Source of the DNA: Eutreptiella sp. 'Long Island Sound 2002'
Lineage: Eukaryota; Protista; Euglenida
Length of the DNA: 64,000 nt
Direction of reading: 5' to 3'
Assembly (NCBI GenBank): GCA_964036045.1
Contig: OZ038378.1
Location: 2,356,001 to 2,420,000, forward strand
Part shown: positions 25,001 through 40,000 of the stretch, piece after piece
How the letters are laid out: the number at the start of each line of letters is the position of its first letter
Position numbering within the stretch: position 1 is the first letter of the stretch
Program-made: the position numbers and the translations under genes
The notes under the pieces: generated by a model
Told to the model about the DNA's origin: nothing
What the model saw: the letters and a program-made list of their open reading frames with translations, nothing else
The model's database searches: none

Positions 25001-28000
25001 AATGAACCCTGCCATCTTCGCCGTCTTGTTGGCCCCCAACGCGGAGACAAAGGCAAAGCTTTCTTGGGTGATTAACTGCGGCAAATATTGCCGCATACCT
25101 CGTGCTGTGTTGTGGTTGTCCAAAGACAGCACAAAATAAAACGAGCTACGAAACCGTTGCCCTCTTGGGGGCCCACATGTGGGCAAAATGGCTACATCAC
25201 CCATGCCGTCTTCGGGGTCACTGAAGGAGGGACAAAATACCGTCGCCATACAACCCTGCCATTTGGAGGCCTACATGTGGGAAAAATGGGTACATAACCC
25301 ATGCCATCTCAGAGGTACCCAAGGCACGGACCAAATCAAAGTTGTCATGTAACCCCGCTGTCTTGGAGGCCCACATGAGGGCAAAACGGCCACCTTACTC
25401 CGGCTATCTTGGGGGTCCCCAAGGCGGGAACAGAATCAAAGTCGTGTTTGGCACCTACAAGTGGCCAAGTGGGCATGCTACATTCTTCTTGCCGTTGGAG
25501 GAGGACAGAAGCAAGTTAGCCACATGACCAATGCCGTTTTGTGGGCCCAAATGTGGCGAAAATGGCTGCACAACGCCTGCTATTTTCGGCGTCCCCAAAG
25601 CCGCCACGAAATCAAATTGGCTGCATAACCCATGCAATCTTGCCCGTCTTGCTCGTCTGCAACGAGGGGACAAGTTCTATGATCTCCTAAATGCCTAACT
25701 CTGGCAAAAATGACTACATACCTCGTACCTTGTTGTGGGTGTCCGAAGACAACACAAAATCAAAGTAGCTAAAAAACCCTTGCCAAAGTAGTCTTCCGGG
25801 CCTACATGTGGCCAAAGGGCTGCATACCTCTTGTTGCTCCCCAAACAGGGCACAAAATCATAATGTCTACACCAACCTTGTTGTCGTAGCGGCCTACAGG
25901 TGGGCAAATAGAGTTCAAAACCATTGCCGTTTTGGGGGTCCCGAAAGTAGGTAAGAAATTAAAGTGGCTACATAAACCCTTCCATCTTGGGGATCCTCAA
26001 AGCACTAACGAAATTAAAGGTGTCGCCAGGGCCTATATGTGGTCATGTGTTTGCACACCTCTTGCCGGTTTTGAGGGTCCCCTAGGAGGCCACGTAATCC
26101 AGCAGGCCGCAAAACCCCTGTTGACCTAGCGGCCCATGGGTACACAATATGGCTACGTAACCCTTGCCGTCTTGGACGCCAAGGTGTGGGTCGTGGGGGC
26201 CCACTTGTGGTAAGAACACTTCATGACGCTTGCCGTCTTGTGTGTCCCAAAGCGGGGAGGATATCCCAGTGGCCACATAACCCTTGCCATCTTGAGGGCC
26301 CACATAAACGGCTACGTAAACCCTGGCGTTTGGGAGGTCCAAAAAGCAGGGACAAAATGAAACTAACCATGTAGTTACTTTCCCTTCCCCTTCCTCTGTC
26401 GGTAGTCCCAACAGAGCCCCGAGACTTTCCCTGTTTCACTGCTCAGAGTCAAGTCCACATAGAGGAGGGCAACAGCCCTCGCCGCGTGAGTCCAGTTGCG
26501 GGGGGGGGGGGGGGGTAGAGCCTGTAAAAAAGGGGGGGGGGGGGCTAGAGCAGCTTCTGGTGCAACTCGTTTGTCCGGATGTTTTTCTAGGAACTGCTCA
26601 GCAGTGAAAGCAGAACAGAGGAAACAGGAACTGCTGGCGGACTCCGGTACGCCTCGAACTCGACAGTGCACGCACGGTCAGGACTGTTGTCGGTTGCCGG
26701 CCAAACAGCATCGGCTGCCCATCAACTGCCGCCAGGTGCCCGCCAACTGCCGGTTAACTGCAACCGCCGTCGATGAAGTACAGCACATGGCCAAGTGTGT
26801 AAGGGAAGTCAACACCGAAGGGAAGAGCAGAGATATCAGGGGGTCAAGATAGTGTTGAGAACCATAGCCCGCTCAAGGTGTTGGGTTTTAGGGGAGCGTA
26901 GGCTGCGAGGTCATGTAGGGTGGGTTGATGGATGACTTGGGCCGCCTCTGTTCTCAGCGCGAGGGGTGTCGATGGGGCATTGAAATGTAGGGCCTCAGCA
27001 TCGGGAACATGGTGAGCCCCTGATCCAAATGGTAGAGCTCAGTCTTGTCCATTAAATATCGACTCCACTGTAACCCCCCAACCCCTGGTGGCTTCCGGAT
27101 GGTTGCTGGTAATACCCGGTGGCTTCTGGATGGTTGCTAGGATGTCACCCGATTCCATTTTCAGATCGATGGCCGGACCGCCTTGAGGCATGAGCACCGG
27201 GAGAAAGGGAAATGGTCAGATGCCGTCGCAATGTCCCAGACCAACGCCAGAGGAAGCTAAGATCAAGGGGTTGGGTGGGCATGCAACGGACGCCACAAGC
27301 ATCTGACAACTTGCTGCGCTCAAGCACCGCCTGTTCCCAGTAATCTCATGGGGCGTGGGCGGTGTCTCAATCCGTGTGTTTCCAATGGCGAACCGGGACG
27401 CGCTTCCCACGACGCACCCAGAAGAGGCCGCCTTTCAGGGGTAGGGTGTGCTTTTCCTCCCAGGCATGATCATTGAACTGTGTAATGCACGTCAATTAAA
27501 GGACATTGCGTGTTGGAAAACATACACCATGCACATCATGACGCACGGATTAAATTGCAGATATACAAATCCTGCCTCCTCGGGAGAGACATGCAGGTAC
27601 ATGCAAACCAGCGCAGTGCAAACATGCACTGCCTGGCAACTAAATCTCAATAATATGGTGCATAATGAATATTAATGGCTTTGGGCTTTTTCAGTGTTAT
27701 GTGCTTGTGTCAGGGGCCACGGGCCAGGATGTCAATGGGGGGGGGGGGGGGAAGGTGATGTAAGTCGGCGAGCCATTTGCTTTTGGCAGGGACTCTGAGC
27801 AGTAAATACTAGTCATCACAAAGGCCATGAATCATGACTTTCAATTCTACAAAACTACATCCACAAGGGCATCAGGGAAAAATCGGTTTATGCACAGTAC
27901 AAATACAAATGCAGCGTTCTGGTCAGGTTACACTGCGTCAGGCAGGCAGAGACACGGACGGGGCCTCCTGCTCGGTCACCACAAAAGTTGTCGGATACAG

Positions 28001-31000
28001 ATATTCGATGAGCTGTGCATTGAAACTACCCACTTGCTGTGGGTATCTTCCAGGGGGACACGTTTTGGGGTGACCCACGACGGATGGAAGTCAACAGACG
28101 GCAGTCAACAATTGACCTGACGGTGCACAAAATGCACAGGGTAGGGCGATGATCAGGGTCCTTGACATGGAGAAAAAGAAAGAAGAAAGAGGGCGGGTGC
28201 CCCCCTCTTGTACTCACCCCGCCCCAACCAAAGTGCAACCCCTGTGGACCCAAAAAATCTAGGCCCCGGGGTATCTTAAGTAGGCTGGGGAGATCATGCC
28301 ACTAGCTGCTGACCAGAATACCCAGTGCGGAGCAATTGCAGCCCACAGGGGCGCTACAACGTGCACAACACCCTGGAGTTTCATAACCCCCCACACACAC
28401 ACAGCTGCACCTGCTCCAAACGCCCCCCACCCTGCTCAGCCCCAATGCACACCTCAGCCTGGCTCGCTTATACATCTGTGGGTGACTGCCAACATGCTGC
28501 ATCGCCTCCTCACACGCCACCAAGGCCTTGTTCAGGCACGCCCTTGCCTTCTCGTCAGATCCAAAATTGGTCTTCGGGCTGGTCCAATGGAACGTTGTGG
28601 GGTCGAAAGTCGACCGCTTATGGCGGTACAGCCCCACAAGATCGAAGATGCTGAGCCTGGAGCGAGAGAGGGCAACTGAGGTCTAAGTGCACGATGTCGC
28701 CTGAAGTATGTTTGTGGTAGAAATGGATACCGAGGGTCAGCATCTTCGACAGCACTTCGTCAGGCCATTTGGATTGTTCGGACGATGACCTGTTCCCCTC
28801 TCGACACCCCTTTCGGGCTTGGCCACAAGACTTCTCGCTTTGCTACAACGGTCCGGAGCGGCCAGAAGCGGAGATGGTTTCGCAGGATCCGGGGACCAAA
28901 TACACACGAACATGGAGCAATGGTGCATCCACTTACCACTCAGGTAAGGGGCAGCCAGTAGAGCTCTTTTCAGGGACCCCGGCCCCCCGCCAATTACCCA
29001 TTTGAAAGGATGACAAGGACCCTGTTGTTGACAGCCTCTTGTTGACAGGATCCCAAGAACCGCCCCTGAAGGGTCCAGGGCATCACCAGCAGTGGCCATT
29101 ACGCTCATGGCTCACCGGCTGCTTCATCTGCAATTGGAACTGCACCACAGGGGGGGCAACTCCTCGGGTTTGGACGCCAACTACCCCCCCCCCATAACCG
29201 TTGGCCGGAGGCTCCCTCAGGGGGGGGGGGGGGGGGGCTTGGGAGGGGGGGTTGTGGGAGGGGCGATGGGGGGGCTGGGTCTGGAAGGGTCGGTTGGGGG
29301 GGGGGGGGGTTGTCCAGGTGGGGCGATTTGGGGTGGGATGGGGTGGGGTGGGGGGCGCATTGGGGGGCCAAGCGTTGGCCAACCAGAGGCTCCCCTTACC
29401 TCCCCTTGCCCTCCCTCTAACCATACCATCACCCTAGTCAAGACTGAAGATTGCGACCGAGCTGGTGGGAGAGGGAATGCCGGGGCCGAATAAGGATGCA
29501 TATTGAGGGACAACAAAAATGATACCCGCCACTTTGACCAATATACAGCACCATCAGTCCGAAAAATGCCCATTTGAAGGCTTTTTTGGAGCTTGCATGG
29601 GCTCATGTGGGTCCAAGATGGCTCAAAATGGCCTGAAACCACTTGTCTGAGCACCCCAATAGGTCTAGGAACAACTTTGGAGAAAATCAGTTTTGGCCAC
29701 TTAGGGGACCCACAAATGACCCTGCGACCCTACCCTAGCACATGCACTGAGCACGCTGCACCGTTCCAATGGGCCATTGAAGGGTGTTGACTGCACGGAA
29801 ACAGCTTGCAAGCGATCCCCTTCATCATCATTTATCACCACGAGGGTGCCCAATGCAATCCATGGCATTCAAACACGGCACATTCCCCCCGGACCTCCCG
29901 GTACGCATCATGGGGGCGGGGCGGGTGGTGCGGGAAAGGGGCTCAATGGGCAGGAGCATTATGAAGTAACCAGAGAATCCAGTGCTGCAACCACTGAAGT
30001 CGCCTGAAAGCAGGTGTTAGATTGTGGCTACCGTGAGCAAGTGCACTTCAGTACTTTTGTTGGGTGTGTATGTGTATGTATGTGTGTGTGCGACTGCGGG
30101 GCTCACAGTGAGTCCAATCAGTAGTTCTGAGCTACTGTCGGCCAAAAGCTCCTCGAAAATTGTCACAAATTCCTGATTCAAGACCCAAGAATATCCTGAA
30201 TTTAACATCCTGGAAAATGCTGCGCTCATATCACACACTCCGCCATGTGGGCCAAATTGAAAGGCCTCAGCCCCCCCTTTACAACAGAGGGGACAAATTG
30301 GTGGTGCTAGAAAAGATGGGACAATTGTGCAGTTACTCACCAAACGTGGGTCAATGGTTCCTCAGGGGCCTTCAGACATGCACGCGGCCATACGTTGCAC
30401 ATTGAAGCGCAATGCATGAAGAGGGTACTTTGTAAGGCTACACCGTGAGTACTCACAGTGCTGCATCCCTGCGGACAAGCGGCAACGGCTCGAGGGGAGA
30501 CGAACCTGGCATCCCCTATCATCAAGGTGATAACCCTGTGGGCCTTCATGTACCCGTCGCCTTCGGCATGTTCGTGCGCCTTCTGGAAGTGCTGCAGGAC
30601 TTTGTCCGGGGTTGTGTGGCGCCAGCACGAGTCCGGCACCATATCAAACACAACGGGGGTGGTCTGCCCGCCCCGCCCACTCATCCACTCCACCTCCTTC
30701 AGGTTTGGCACAGGGCAGTGGTGGATGGCGTCGTACAGGCACTCAGCATAGAGACCTGATGGCATGCAGACAGCCGGGCAGGGGGGCTTGGGGAGGGGAG
30801 ATGATCGGGGTGGCGGGGCGCAGACTTTGTGAAAGACAGCACCAACAGCATGTCAGGTGAGGGACCAGGGGCCTGCAATGGGACAGAGCAGAGGGGGGCA
30901 AGCAGGCTATTGCTTAAGGACCCTGGGGGGGGGGGGGGTTGTTTGGGACCCTGGCCAGCCCTGGCCGACCCACCCACCAACCCACATCAGAAAATTTTTC

Positions 31001-34000
31001 CTCGGGCAAAAAAAGACAATTATTAAAGGGGGCCAGGAATTTGAGGCCAATTTTAGGTACACAAATTTGCTTTTGGCCTCTCCTTAAGCAATAGCCTGGG
31101 GGAAAGGGAGCACACAGGCGCGGGGGGGGCTGATGCGATGGAGAGAGAGGGAGGGAACACATCGGGTTGGAGGAAGGCACACAACCAGGACGAGGCAGAG
31201 GGAGGTCTGCATTTGGGCAACACCGCCCCAAGCAGGTCAGATGATTGGGTCTTGGACGCTGTGAGGGGCCCCTTGGGTGACCTCACATGCAGTGCAGAGA
31301 GAAGAGATTGGGATCATCCTTGATATCATTTGACCATCCATTTGACATGCTGCCAATGCCTTGGGCCATAGACCCGCAGTCCATCATAAAACACAATCAC
31401 GTCCGTTTGTGTTTGAAGCCAACAGCCAAACACTTCCGGGCGACCTCGTCCCACAGCCCAAACATGTTCAGAGTGCACAGTGCCCTGTACTCTGCACCTC
31501 GACCCTCCCTCAAGGAGGCTGCCTCACAAAACGGGAGGTGTGCTGGCCCTCGCAAAGAGATACGCACTTCCAGAGCAAAGGCCCGACGAGGGGAGAGGGG
31601 ACAGGGGTCAAGGACAACGGAAAGGGTTCGCAGGACGCGCCACGCTGCAGGGCCGTGACTTGCAGGGATGCCCTGCAAGTGTACGTGTAGGTGTTTGTGG
31701 GTGGGGGGCAGGCACGCTTTCGACCGGGCGAGGGGGCGCAGGGAGGGTGGTCTGAGACCCTCGGCTTCGTGTATCATGACCTGGCCCAAAATATGATTCC
31801 ATAAAATATATTATTCCACTCGACAGGACTCGGACAGGAAATGAGGGCAACAAGGAGCTGTAGGGGCCCATGGGCCGGCAGAGGTGGCGGAAAAAGTACG
31901 CATCGCTGATCCTGCGACGCCCTGCCGACACATCTGCATGGATCTGTCCGCAGCCCCCCACGGTCGCCTTCACACAGGCAGCCCCCAGCGCCCCACCCCT
32001 TCGTCTTTTCCCACAAACTTCCCCACAATCAGCCCCACAGTCCATGCCATGGCCTATCCCACTACCTGCCCGATCAGACCCCTTTGTGGAACCTCAACAG
32101 CAACACCTCCCGACATACAGAGCCCCCCCCCCCCCCCCCCGGGGCTATGGGATACAGATGCGTGTGCACGACCAGTACCAAGCGGCACAGAGCAGAAGTG
32201 CAAAGCAAAAGTCAAAGAGAAAGGCTCTTCAGTGACATGTCATAGGCGCCTTTCGCTGCAGTGGAGGCAAACACAGGGAGTGCGAAGCGGTTCCACGGCA
32301 CCCAAGTCCTATGAACTACATCCTGGTTGCATCATGCATCATGCATCACCAGCCCCTCTCCCCCTTTGCCTCCAAAGCAGCACCTCCTTCCAACCCCAAC
32401 CAGCCCAACCGCGCCGTGCCTCACCGACTCAGGCCTTCATACTTAGCCCCATTGACCCCCCCCATCTCCCTCCATCAACCAACCCCAAGAGCCTCCCGTT
32501 GCCTGCCATCGTGCGCCGTCCTAACCCCCCGCCGCTCAGGCAGGGAGTGGCCGCTACAGGGGCAAGATTGGGGGGTTCTCGGAAATCTAGTGACATGCGT
32601 GAAACCCCCTGCAGACCAAAACTTAAAAGAGGATGGGGGGGTGGGGGTTGAGGGGGGTTTTCGCTGCGTGGGGGCATCGTCGTGGGGTTTGGGGGAGACC
32701 TGAATGGTGGCGTACACCAATCTGTGGGCAACCCAAAATGGAGCCTTCCCCAGCCCCTCAGGGCATACTCCCAGACTTTTTGAAAAATGCCCCTGCCCTC
32801 TCAGGGTCGCCTAATCAGGGATCAAAAAAATCTTGTCACCGCAGATTTATTTAAGAAAAAATGAGGGGGGGGGGTTGCGTCGGCAAATGCCCTTAAAACC
32901 CCCCACGGAGCAGTCTTAAGGCTCAATCATGGTCGGTAACAGATACTGGATGCCCCCGCCCAGGCAATTCCAGCCAATGTTCCAAGTGTCAATCAGCAAT
33001 CCAACTGCTATGCTAGTCTTAAAAACGGGGGGGGGTTCCAAATCCCCCCATGATGTCCAGTTTCTCAGCAGCCCCCACCCCCCTTTAGGCAGGATGCTGC
33101 CGTGGTGCGCAGTGGGACGGGCCTTCTACTCTGTCCTGCCCCACGCATGAATGTCCTCGCCCCAAAAGCAATCCACACGAAGACATGGCACCCAACCCGC
33201 CTTTATGGAACCCCCGCCCTTCGCCGGGCCTCCCCTTCACCGGGGCTTGAGGCCTCGTGGCCGCATCCCCTGGACCGAGGCAAGGCATCTGGCGTCACAT
33301 CGGCAGGGCCAGACCTGTGTCACAGGGGGACCCAAACACTTGGAGGTAGGACAACTTGATCTCGTTGTTGTCCCATTTCTGCTGCTCTTCGGCGGGCCCT
33401 TTGGTGGTGTCCTCCTGCACAGAGCAACGCCGTGCCGCACACGCGGGGCTACAGGACGCGTGCCTGCGAAGGCGCTCGGGCGTGTGCCCATGTGCGGATT
33501 CCGAGACGCAAGCGGATCACGAACACACGAACACGAAGGGCGGCGGAGGTGTGCGTGGGCGCACACCCCACCGCACTTTTGGGGCACAGACAATAAACGC
33601 ACGCCCTCTGTCCAGCGCAGCACAAGACGAAGCCGGGACAAAGGCATTGAGACCTCGATTTCGCGGTGCTCCAGAGCGAACGGCATCTCCACAATGTGCC
33701 AGGTGGCCCCCCAGGCCTTGCCCTGTCGGCAGACGCCGTTGTGGCCGTTACCCGTGTGATCGAAGATGACTCTGGCCTCGATGCCCTCCCGCATGGGCCA
33801 GTGTGCGAATACGTTGTGGCCGGCGTAGAGTTGGATCTGCAACACGAAGGGCACAAGAGTGGGACGCTCTGCGGCAGAGGCGCACCGAAAGAGACCAGCG
33901 CTTTGGACTCGGGACCAGTAGACTGTTGCATGCAGCTGCAAAGAACGTCCAAAAAAACCGTCAGGTGCTTGTTGGGCAACTTGCACCGAAGGGTAACGCA

Positions 34001-37000
34001 TACACGCGCACGGATAAAGGTGTATGTTGAAGGCAGTGGTAAACACTGTCACTGCACGCCATGAGAGAAACAACTTTCAAGGCGCCTCACCACAAGCGGC
34101 CCCATGCCTTTGGTTTCGATTGCTCTTTTGTCCAAGGTGCAGTGGGGAAATGTCAGCTTCCACTTCGCCAGGACCAATATCTGGACTACGGTGAAGGCTG
34201 TTGGTACACAGCTGCTCAATAGTGTGCAAGTAATGGCAATGGGGCACAGTATGATTTGAACGTTTCATCATATTCCTGCAAACTGCAGAAGTGGTGAGTG
34301 AGTGGGTCGAGGTGTAAACAGAAACCACCATGTAAAAACGAAAAATAACTCCAACAGCACAGACCATTGCTGATAGCAGTGAACACTCTGCAGTAGGGCT
34401 GTTTCAGCACCGCCCAATGGCAACACCCCATGCTATCAGTCCAAGGGAAAGCACGCCCTAAACAAAGGCTCAAAGCAGTTTTCAGTGCAAAACAGTGATT
34501 CCTTTTCTTCCAAACGCAGCATGGACGGCCCTGGCAGGGAGATTCTGCAAAATACATCCTTTTGCATGCGACCATCGGTATATTGTCACAATATCCCCAA
34601 ATCACAGCCGTCGACAGGAAGCACCACGAGGTCCTTTAGGCCGTCCAAACAAAACATTGGCGAAAAAGGGGGGTTGGGTGCCATTCTTTGGCGTGGTTTC
34701 AGGCTGTGTGTGGTGAGTGGCTTGTGAGGTTGCAAGGCACCACTGTGGCAATGACTCACAGTTGTGCCGCTGCCTGGGTGGGTGCATGTGTCAGGGCCCT
34801 GCAGCGGGGCCTGGGTAGTTGCGTTCCAGCGGTGTGTGGACAGCAACAGCAATTTTTTCGACAGGGCCACACTTCCATAACATTTGTCGACGGCGGACCG
34901 GAACGAGTACTGCGAGTCATCGGGGTCACATCTCCTTTCCAGGGCAACTGGGTCAGCCATACATCAGCACAAGTGTCGCATTGCACACCAGTTTGTTTGT
35001 TTTTGTTTTGCCCGGAGCGCAGGGGTCTTTGAGATTGCTAGCCACCTCTAGCAGTGACTCACAAAGGTACCCCACACATCTATGAGTGAGCCCTTGCAAA
35101 CTCCGCATGCAGGCATTTTTGTTTTGCATAAGGGGGAATGCAAGGGTCGGTGAGGTTGCTAGCCAGGACTCTGGCAGAGACAGGGATGCCCCGCCGGTTT
35201 CGCAAATGCCAGAGATGGAGGAAAACCAGAAGAAAATGCAGCGAAAATCCAAACTTATTGTGCAGTGGTTATCGGGGGAGGCTTGGGAAGCCTCAAGCTG
35301 TGCTGTAGCCGGCCCAAGTGCTACTTCTCACTCCTACAACCCAAGAAAGGACTCTGACTTGGAAGTATGGAATACCATGGGTATGCAACCTGCGCAGAAG
35401 CATGGCCCATGGAGGGGTTGCCACAAAGGCTAAGTGACCGGGGGGGGGGGGAGTATTGTGGGTGATGGTGGGATGCATCAATGGTATTTCCAGAAACTTT
35501 CTGCGCGGTGTTGCGAGTGGAGTGTGCCCTGCAACAAAACTCGCCGGGGGCAGAAATCACTCAGCAATGGCCTGGACAGGGGCTGAGCCTCAGAGGTTTG
35601 ATGGTGGATACCTGCTTCATGTAGCCCCTGAAAACATTTCCTGTCACTTCCCCTTTCTTGACGGTGGCCCCCAGGCACAACCATTGGGTCCAGGGGATGA
35701 AGGTCTGTGGAGAATTCTGTTCCCCAGGCGTGAGGTCGCAGCGCATGCCATCCACCATCACTGACATCTGTGGAGATGCGCAGACATGGGGAAGGGCGGG
35801 CTGAAACGGAGGCATAAAGGTGTGCCACAAGGGGGAGGAGGGGGATCCTTGGCCACCAGAGATGGGGGTCCATCAGGGGCGAGGGGGCTGGATGATGTTG
35901 AAGCTGTTCTCGCGCCCCCGCCCTCCAAGATGCCAGATTGTGTATTTCACGAATTTTCTTGCCTTCAGCAAGGCACCCTCGAAGAGGGACCGGTTACTGT
36001 TCCTGTAGTATCCCTAGAGGTGGTTGCACAGCACTAGCAAACAGTAAGATTGCATGATTCACAATCCAATGCAGGGTTGCATATAGGGGGGGGGGGGGTC
36101 CCCCACCAGACCCACCCCCTACCCCCGTGGGACAAATGGCTAATGGCTAATGGTACGCGGACCAACATCCTCTAGGCTTGCACACTCATTCCACATGGAC
36201 ACATCGTAGAACTGCAGCAGCTCCGACTGCCCCTGTGTGCAGGCCATCTTTTTGTGGCTGATTGTAAAACTCTTGGCGTCGGTTTGGAAGCCACTCTTTT
36301 TGAGCACCAAGCCACCCACGGAACCACAGCAAAGCCTGTGTGATATCAGAAGTTTGCAGAACTCGTTGTTGTGGAGAAGGTAACGGCGATTTGAAAGGGT
36401 CGAACAGTGTCATCTGTTTCATTGCCTTTGATGGTGTTGCTGGGAACCACCCCTGAGGACGTTGGTAAGCAGCTGCAGCGATGGCAGCAAGGCTGTAAAT
36501 GGTAGCAGCGATTGCAGCAAATGCATGTTTTGCAGCAGAAGTCAAAATTTGGTTCCGTTGTTGCTCTGCAGTCTCACGCGCTGCAGCCCGCTTCTTCAAT
36601 GAGGCGCGTTTCACACGGCAGGCATTAGCATTAGCACAGCCGCCGCCCCAGCCCGGCCTGGTATATGATCTGCCCATGCAGTTTTCAGCCTGATCAAACG
36701 TTGAAAATTTCAAAATCACTTTTTTCGACATTGTGACCACCCAAAATGATCACATATCACATGTAAACCACAAGATGGTGGCATGATTTGCTTCGGCCAT
36801 TGGATCAGGGTGGCATATAACACCGCGCATTTCTGGAGGTGGCCAGCACACCATGGCGAAATGGGAGGGGAAACACACAAAGAGGGTTTACCACAGGCTT
36901 TGCATGGGATATTGATCGATGTGGGTGGTCACACTATCAGAAAAATTCGTTTTGGAAATCTTGAATGTTGAGCTGTTGAGGATCAAAATAGCATAACACG

Positions 37001-40000
37001 TTGTGCCACTAAGCAGGCTGCAACCAACAAATTCTATTGCCTTCGGCAGTGCACCTCGAAGAGAGGCTGACAGTCAGCCAATCAGTCAGTTAGCCAGGCC
37101 AGCAGTCAGTCAGACAGAAACACACAGTTTGGCTTTTTTGTCAGTGGCAGACTCGGCTCCAAGCAGTGGGGAGGACCAATATGCACCGGGCAAGCAGTGG
37201 TCGAATGGTAATGCAGCCGGCCGGCGACTTTTTGGTCGGCGTTTCGAATCCCGGTCGGGCGAATAGGGCGGGGCGGCGCCGCCGACGACCGTCGACCGAC
37301 TAGGAATCGAACTGCCGACCTAAATCTCTGCAGCCCGCTGCGTTACCATTCGACCGGTGTTTGATGTGACAACGGATTGCGGCCCCGCTGCTTGGAGCCT
37401 TCTGAGCGAAAATTTTTGACCCCCAGCCCCCCCTCAAAAAAGTGATATCCAGTTTTAGGGGATAGAGGCCTCAGAATCAAAAAATCCATTGGGGGATTGT
37501 CTTGTTGGGCAAAATAATGATTTTACAAGGGGTTGGACATCAATCATCATGCCTTGGGGTATGCTACGCGAATGACCTCCCAAAAAGGGGGGGTATACGA
37601 TGCCCGCGCCTGCGCTTGATCTAACAACCTCTCTTCGAGGTGATTCTGCGGGTTCAGGGAGGCCATGGCCTTGGCTACACACGCCTATCGGCTACTACGC
37701 CAGTCCCCATGGGTGCTAGAGTACCCGTATTGACACCACGTGATGACCCAAACCCATTCCACAGCTGACAAAGGGTTGTCCAAAACAGTCAAAGTTCGAA
37801 ATATTCTCAACGGCCACTGAACAGCCCACAAACGGCAATTTCAGGGCTTTCGTGGGCCCGTGGCCCTTGCTACATGGGCCAAACAGCTGCTACATGGGCC
37901 CTTCTTGGTGCTAGAGCACCTGCATTGGCACCCCATGATGACTCCAACCCATCCCACAGCCCTTGAAGGGCTTGCAGAAAAATCAAGTTTTCGAAACTTC
38001 TTCAAATGCCCCTCATCAACCTACAAACAAAATGTTGGGGCTGTCACAGGGCCCATGGCCCTGGCTAGCCCAGCTGGTACGTGGGTCTCTATGCGCGCTA
38101 CAGTACCGGCATTGACACCAAATGATGACCCAAACCCATCCCAAAACTCTCAGAGGGTTTTCAAAAAAGTCAAATTTTCGCAAAGTTTCAAGTGCAGTGT
38201 ACATGACATCTTGATACAACCCTGATCAACAAAGTAGAAATTTCCAAGTAAAAACAACACATCTAAAAATTGCGTCAAACATGTTGGTGGGCTTTATGCT
38301 CTCAATTTTTGTCCACACTTTCCCTGGTGCTGGGCGAAGAACCAGTGCTTGTGCAATGCCCAAATGGGCATCCATGGTGAGGTCCTAGTCGGGGTCCATG
38401 TTGTGTTCCAGGTGCAATCTCTGCCAAATGTTTTATAAGTATCTGCTTCATCGCGTACATAGGGACCGTCACATCCTGTCTGTTGGATCCATCAGTTGTT
38501 AAGTGGAACCCTTTGCAGAAGGGGTAGGATGCAGCAAGTACAAACAAAGGAGCAAACGTTTCCCTCCCAGCAGAAGTGCGGTTTCAGGGGTGCCGTTGTT
38601 CCAGCCAGCTTGCCTTTATGCAATGAGGCAGTCAGTACAAATATTGCTCCCCAAGAAGCCCTGGTGCCCCATCAAAATCCGGACACCAACATTTGTGGAC
38701 AGTGGAGAACAGGTACGATCACCAAATGTACAAGAGTGCGTCTCAGCCCAATCACATTGGCTTTTCTATAAATGGGCAATGGTAAAATTGTTCAGGATCT
38801 GGTCACAATTTTTTGCACCAGAAATCGTCTTGAGGAGGGTTGTTAGATGAAGCCCAAGCAGTCATACACCCCCTTTTGGGGGGGCATTCACGTAGCACAC
38901 CCCGATGTATAAAATTGGATGGTCACATGTAAAATCATCATTTTGGGAGACCAAATGATCTCCCAACGGTTCTCTCAATTTGGACACCTCAGCCCCCGCC
39001 CCCCCAGGCTGGTACCGGTTTTTTCGGGGGGTGGGGGGTTGGAGAAAATCGAAAAACACCAAACCCGCCCCCCAGTGTGTGACCCCGAAATCATGATTTT
39101 ATATCATTTTTCGAATTTGAGGTGAAAATTTTTGGAGGACTGGGGGCTTTGAGTGTCCATTTGCCACCTGGGAACCTCCCGTGCTGTCATATCTGGGGTA
39201 CCTCTGTGTTCTCCTTTTCTTCCCCACATTTGTGTCTCCTCTTGATTTCTTCGAGTGCGTTGAGCATTTTAAGCTGTTAGTGGCTCTTACAGGTGACATG
39301 TACTGCCTGGGTGGCCACTAGGGTTGAACCTCAGCTAAACGGGGCATAGGCAATACCTTCATAGCAGGGACACGGTGGCTCAAGGGTAGGATCAGGAGGG
39401 CAGTCATTAAAGATGAGGGATGGATGCACGGATGCTACATCCGGCCCAGCCCCTAAGCCCGTTCTTCCATCCCACATCCTCTACGCCTCCTACCCCATCC
39501 CCTGCGCATATTGCCCCCAACCCATGCCCAATCAGCCAACACCCCATCCCCTATGCACCTCCCATCCCCCATGCTCTTGTCCCGTAACCACGGGGGCCGC
39601 CGCGAGCCAATGTGTGACCCCGAGGGGTGTGCAACTGTTTTGGGGGCTGTAGGGGGGGGGACCCCACCCCCCCTTCATTGACCCAAACCCAGCACCTTTC
39701 CGCCAGGCACCTCCAAGCGCGCAAGCAGACAAAGCTAACAAGACGCACTGTGACCAGTCATAGCTCGTGATTGTTTTGTTGCACTGCAACACTTCCAAAG
39801 CAGCACTCAATGTTGCCTTGAGTTCGCCCATAGGCTATCGAATGTCTCTTAGGCTGCCTTGGGTCAGCTCTCTCTCCCCCCTGTGGAACCCGGTTACCCA
39901 CGCATGGTCGGTGCAGTGCTCTTAGTAACCGTGCATGCAAAACGGGTTATGCCGGTATCCACTGGCCCACAAATAGTGTCCCTTCCCGTTGTTACAACCA

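Larger units (their letters stand above)
37031..37645. mobile_element. Type-1 element, copy B
   Basis: Same termini (attctattgccttcggcagtgcacctcgaagagagg ... cctctcttcgaggtgatt) and the same ~200-bp R module as copy A. Confidence 0.75.

Noticed and set aside
30087-30209. Alternative frame RMLNSGYSWVLNQEF... given in the ORF track
   Set aside because: Its phase does not match the upstream donor or the downstream acceptor. The DVKFRIF frame does.
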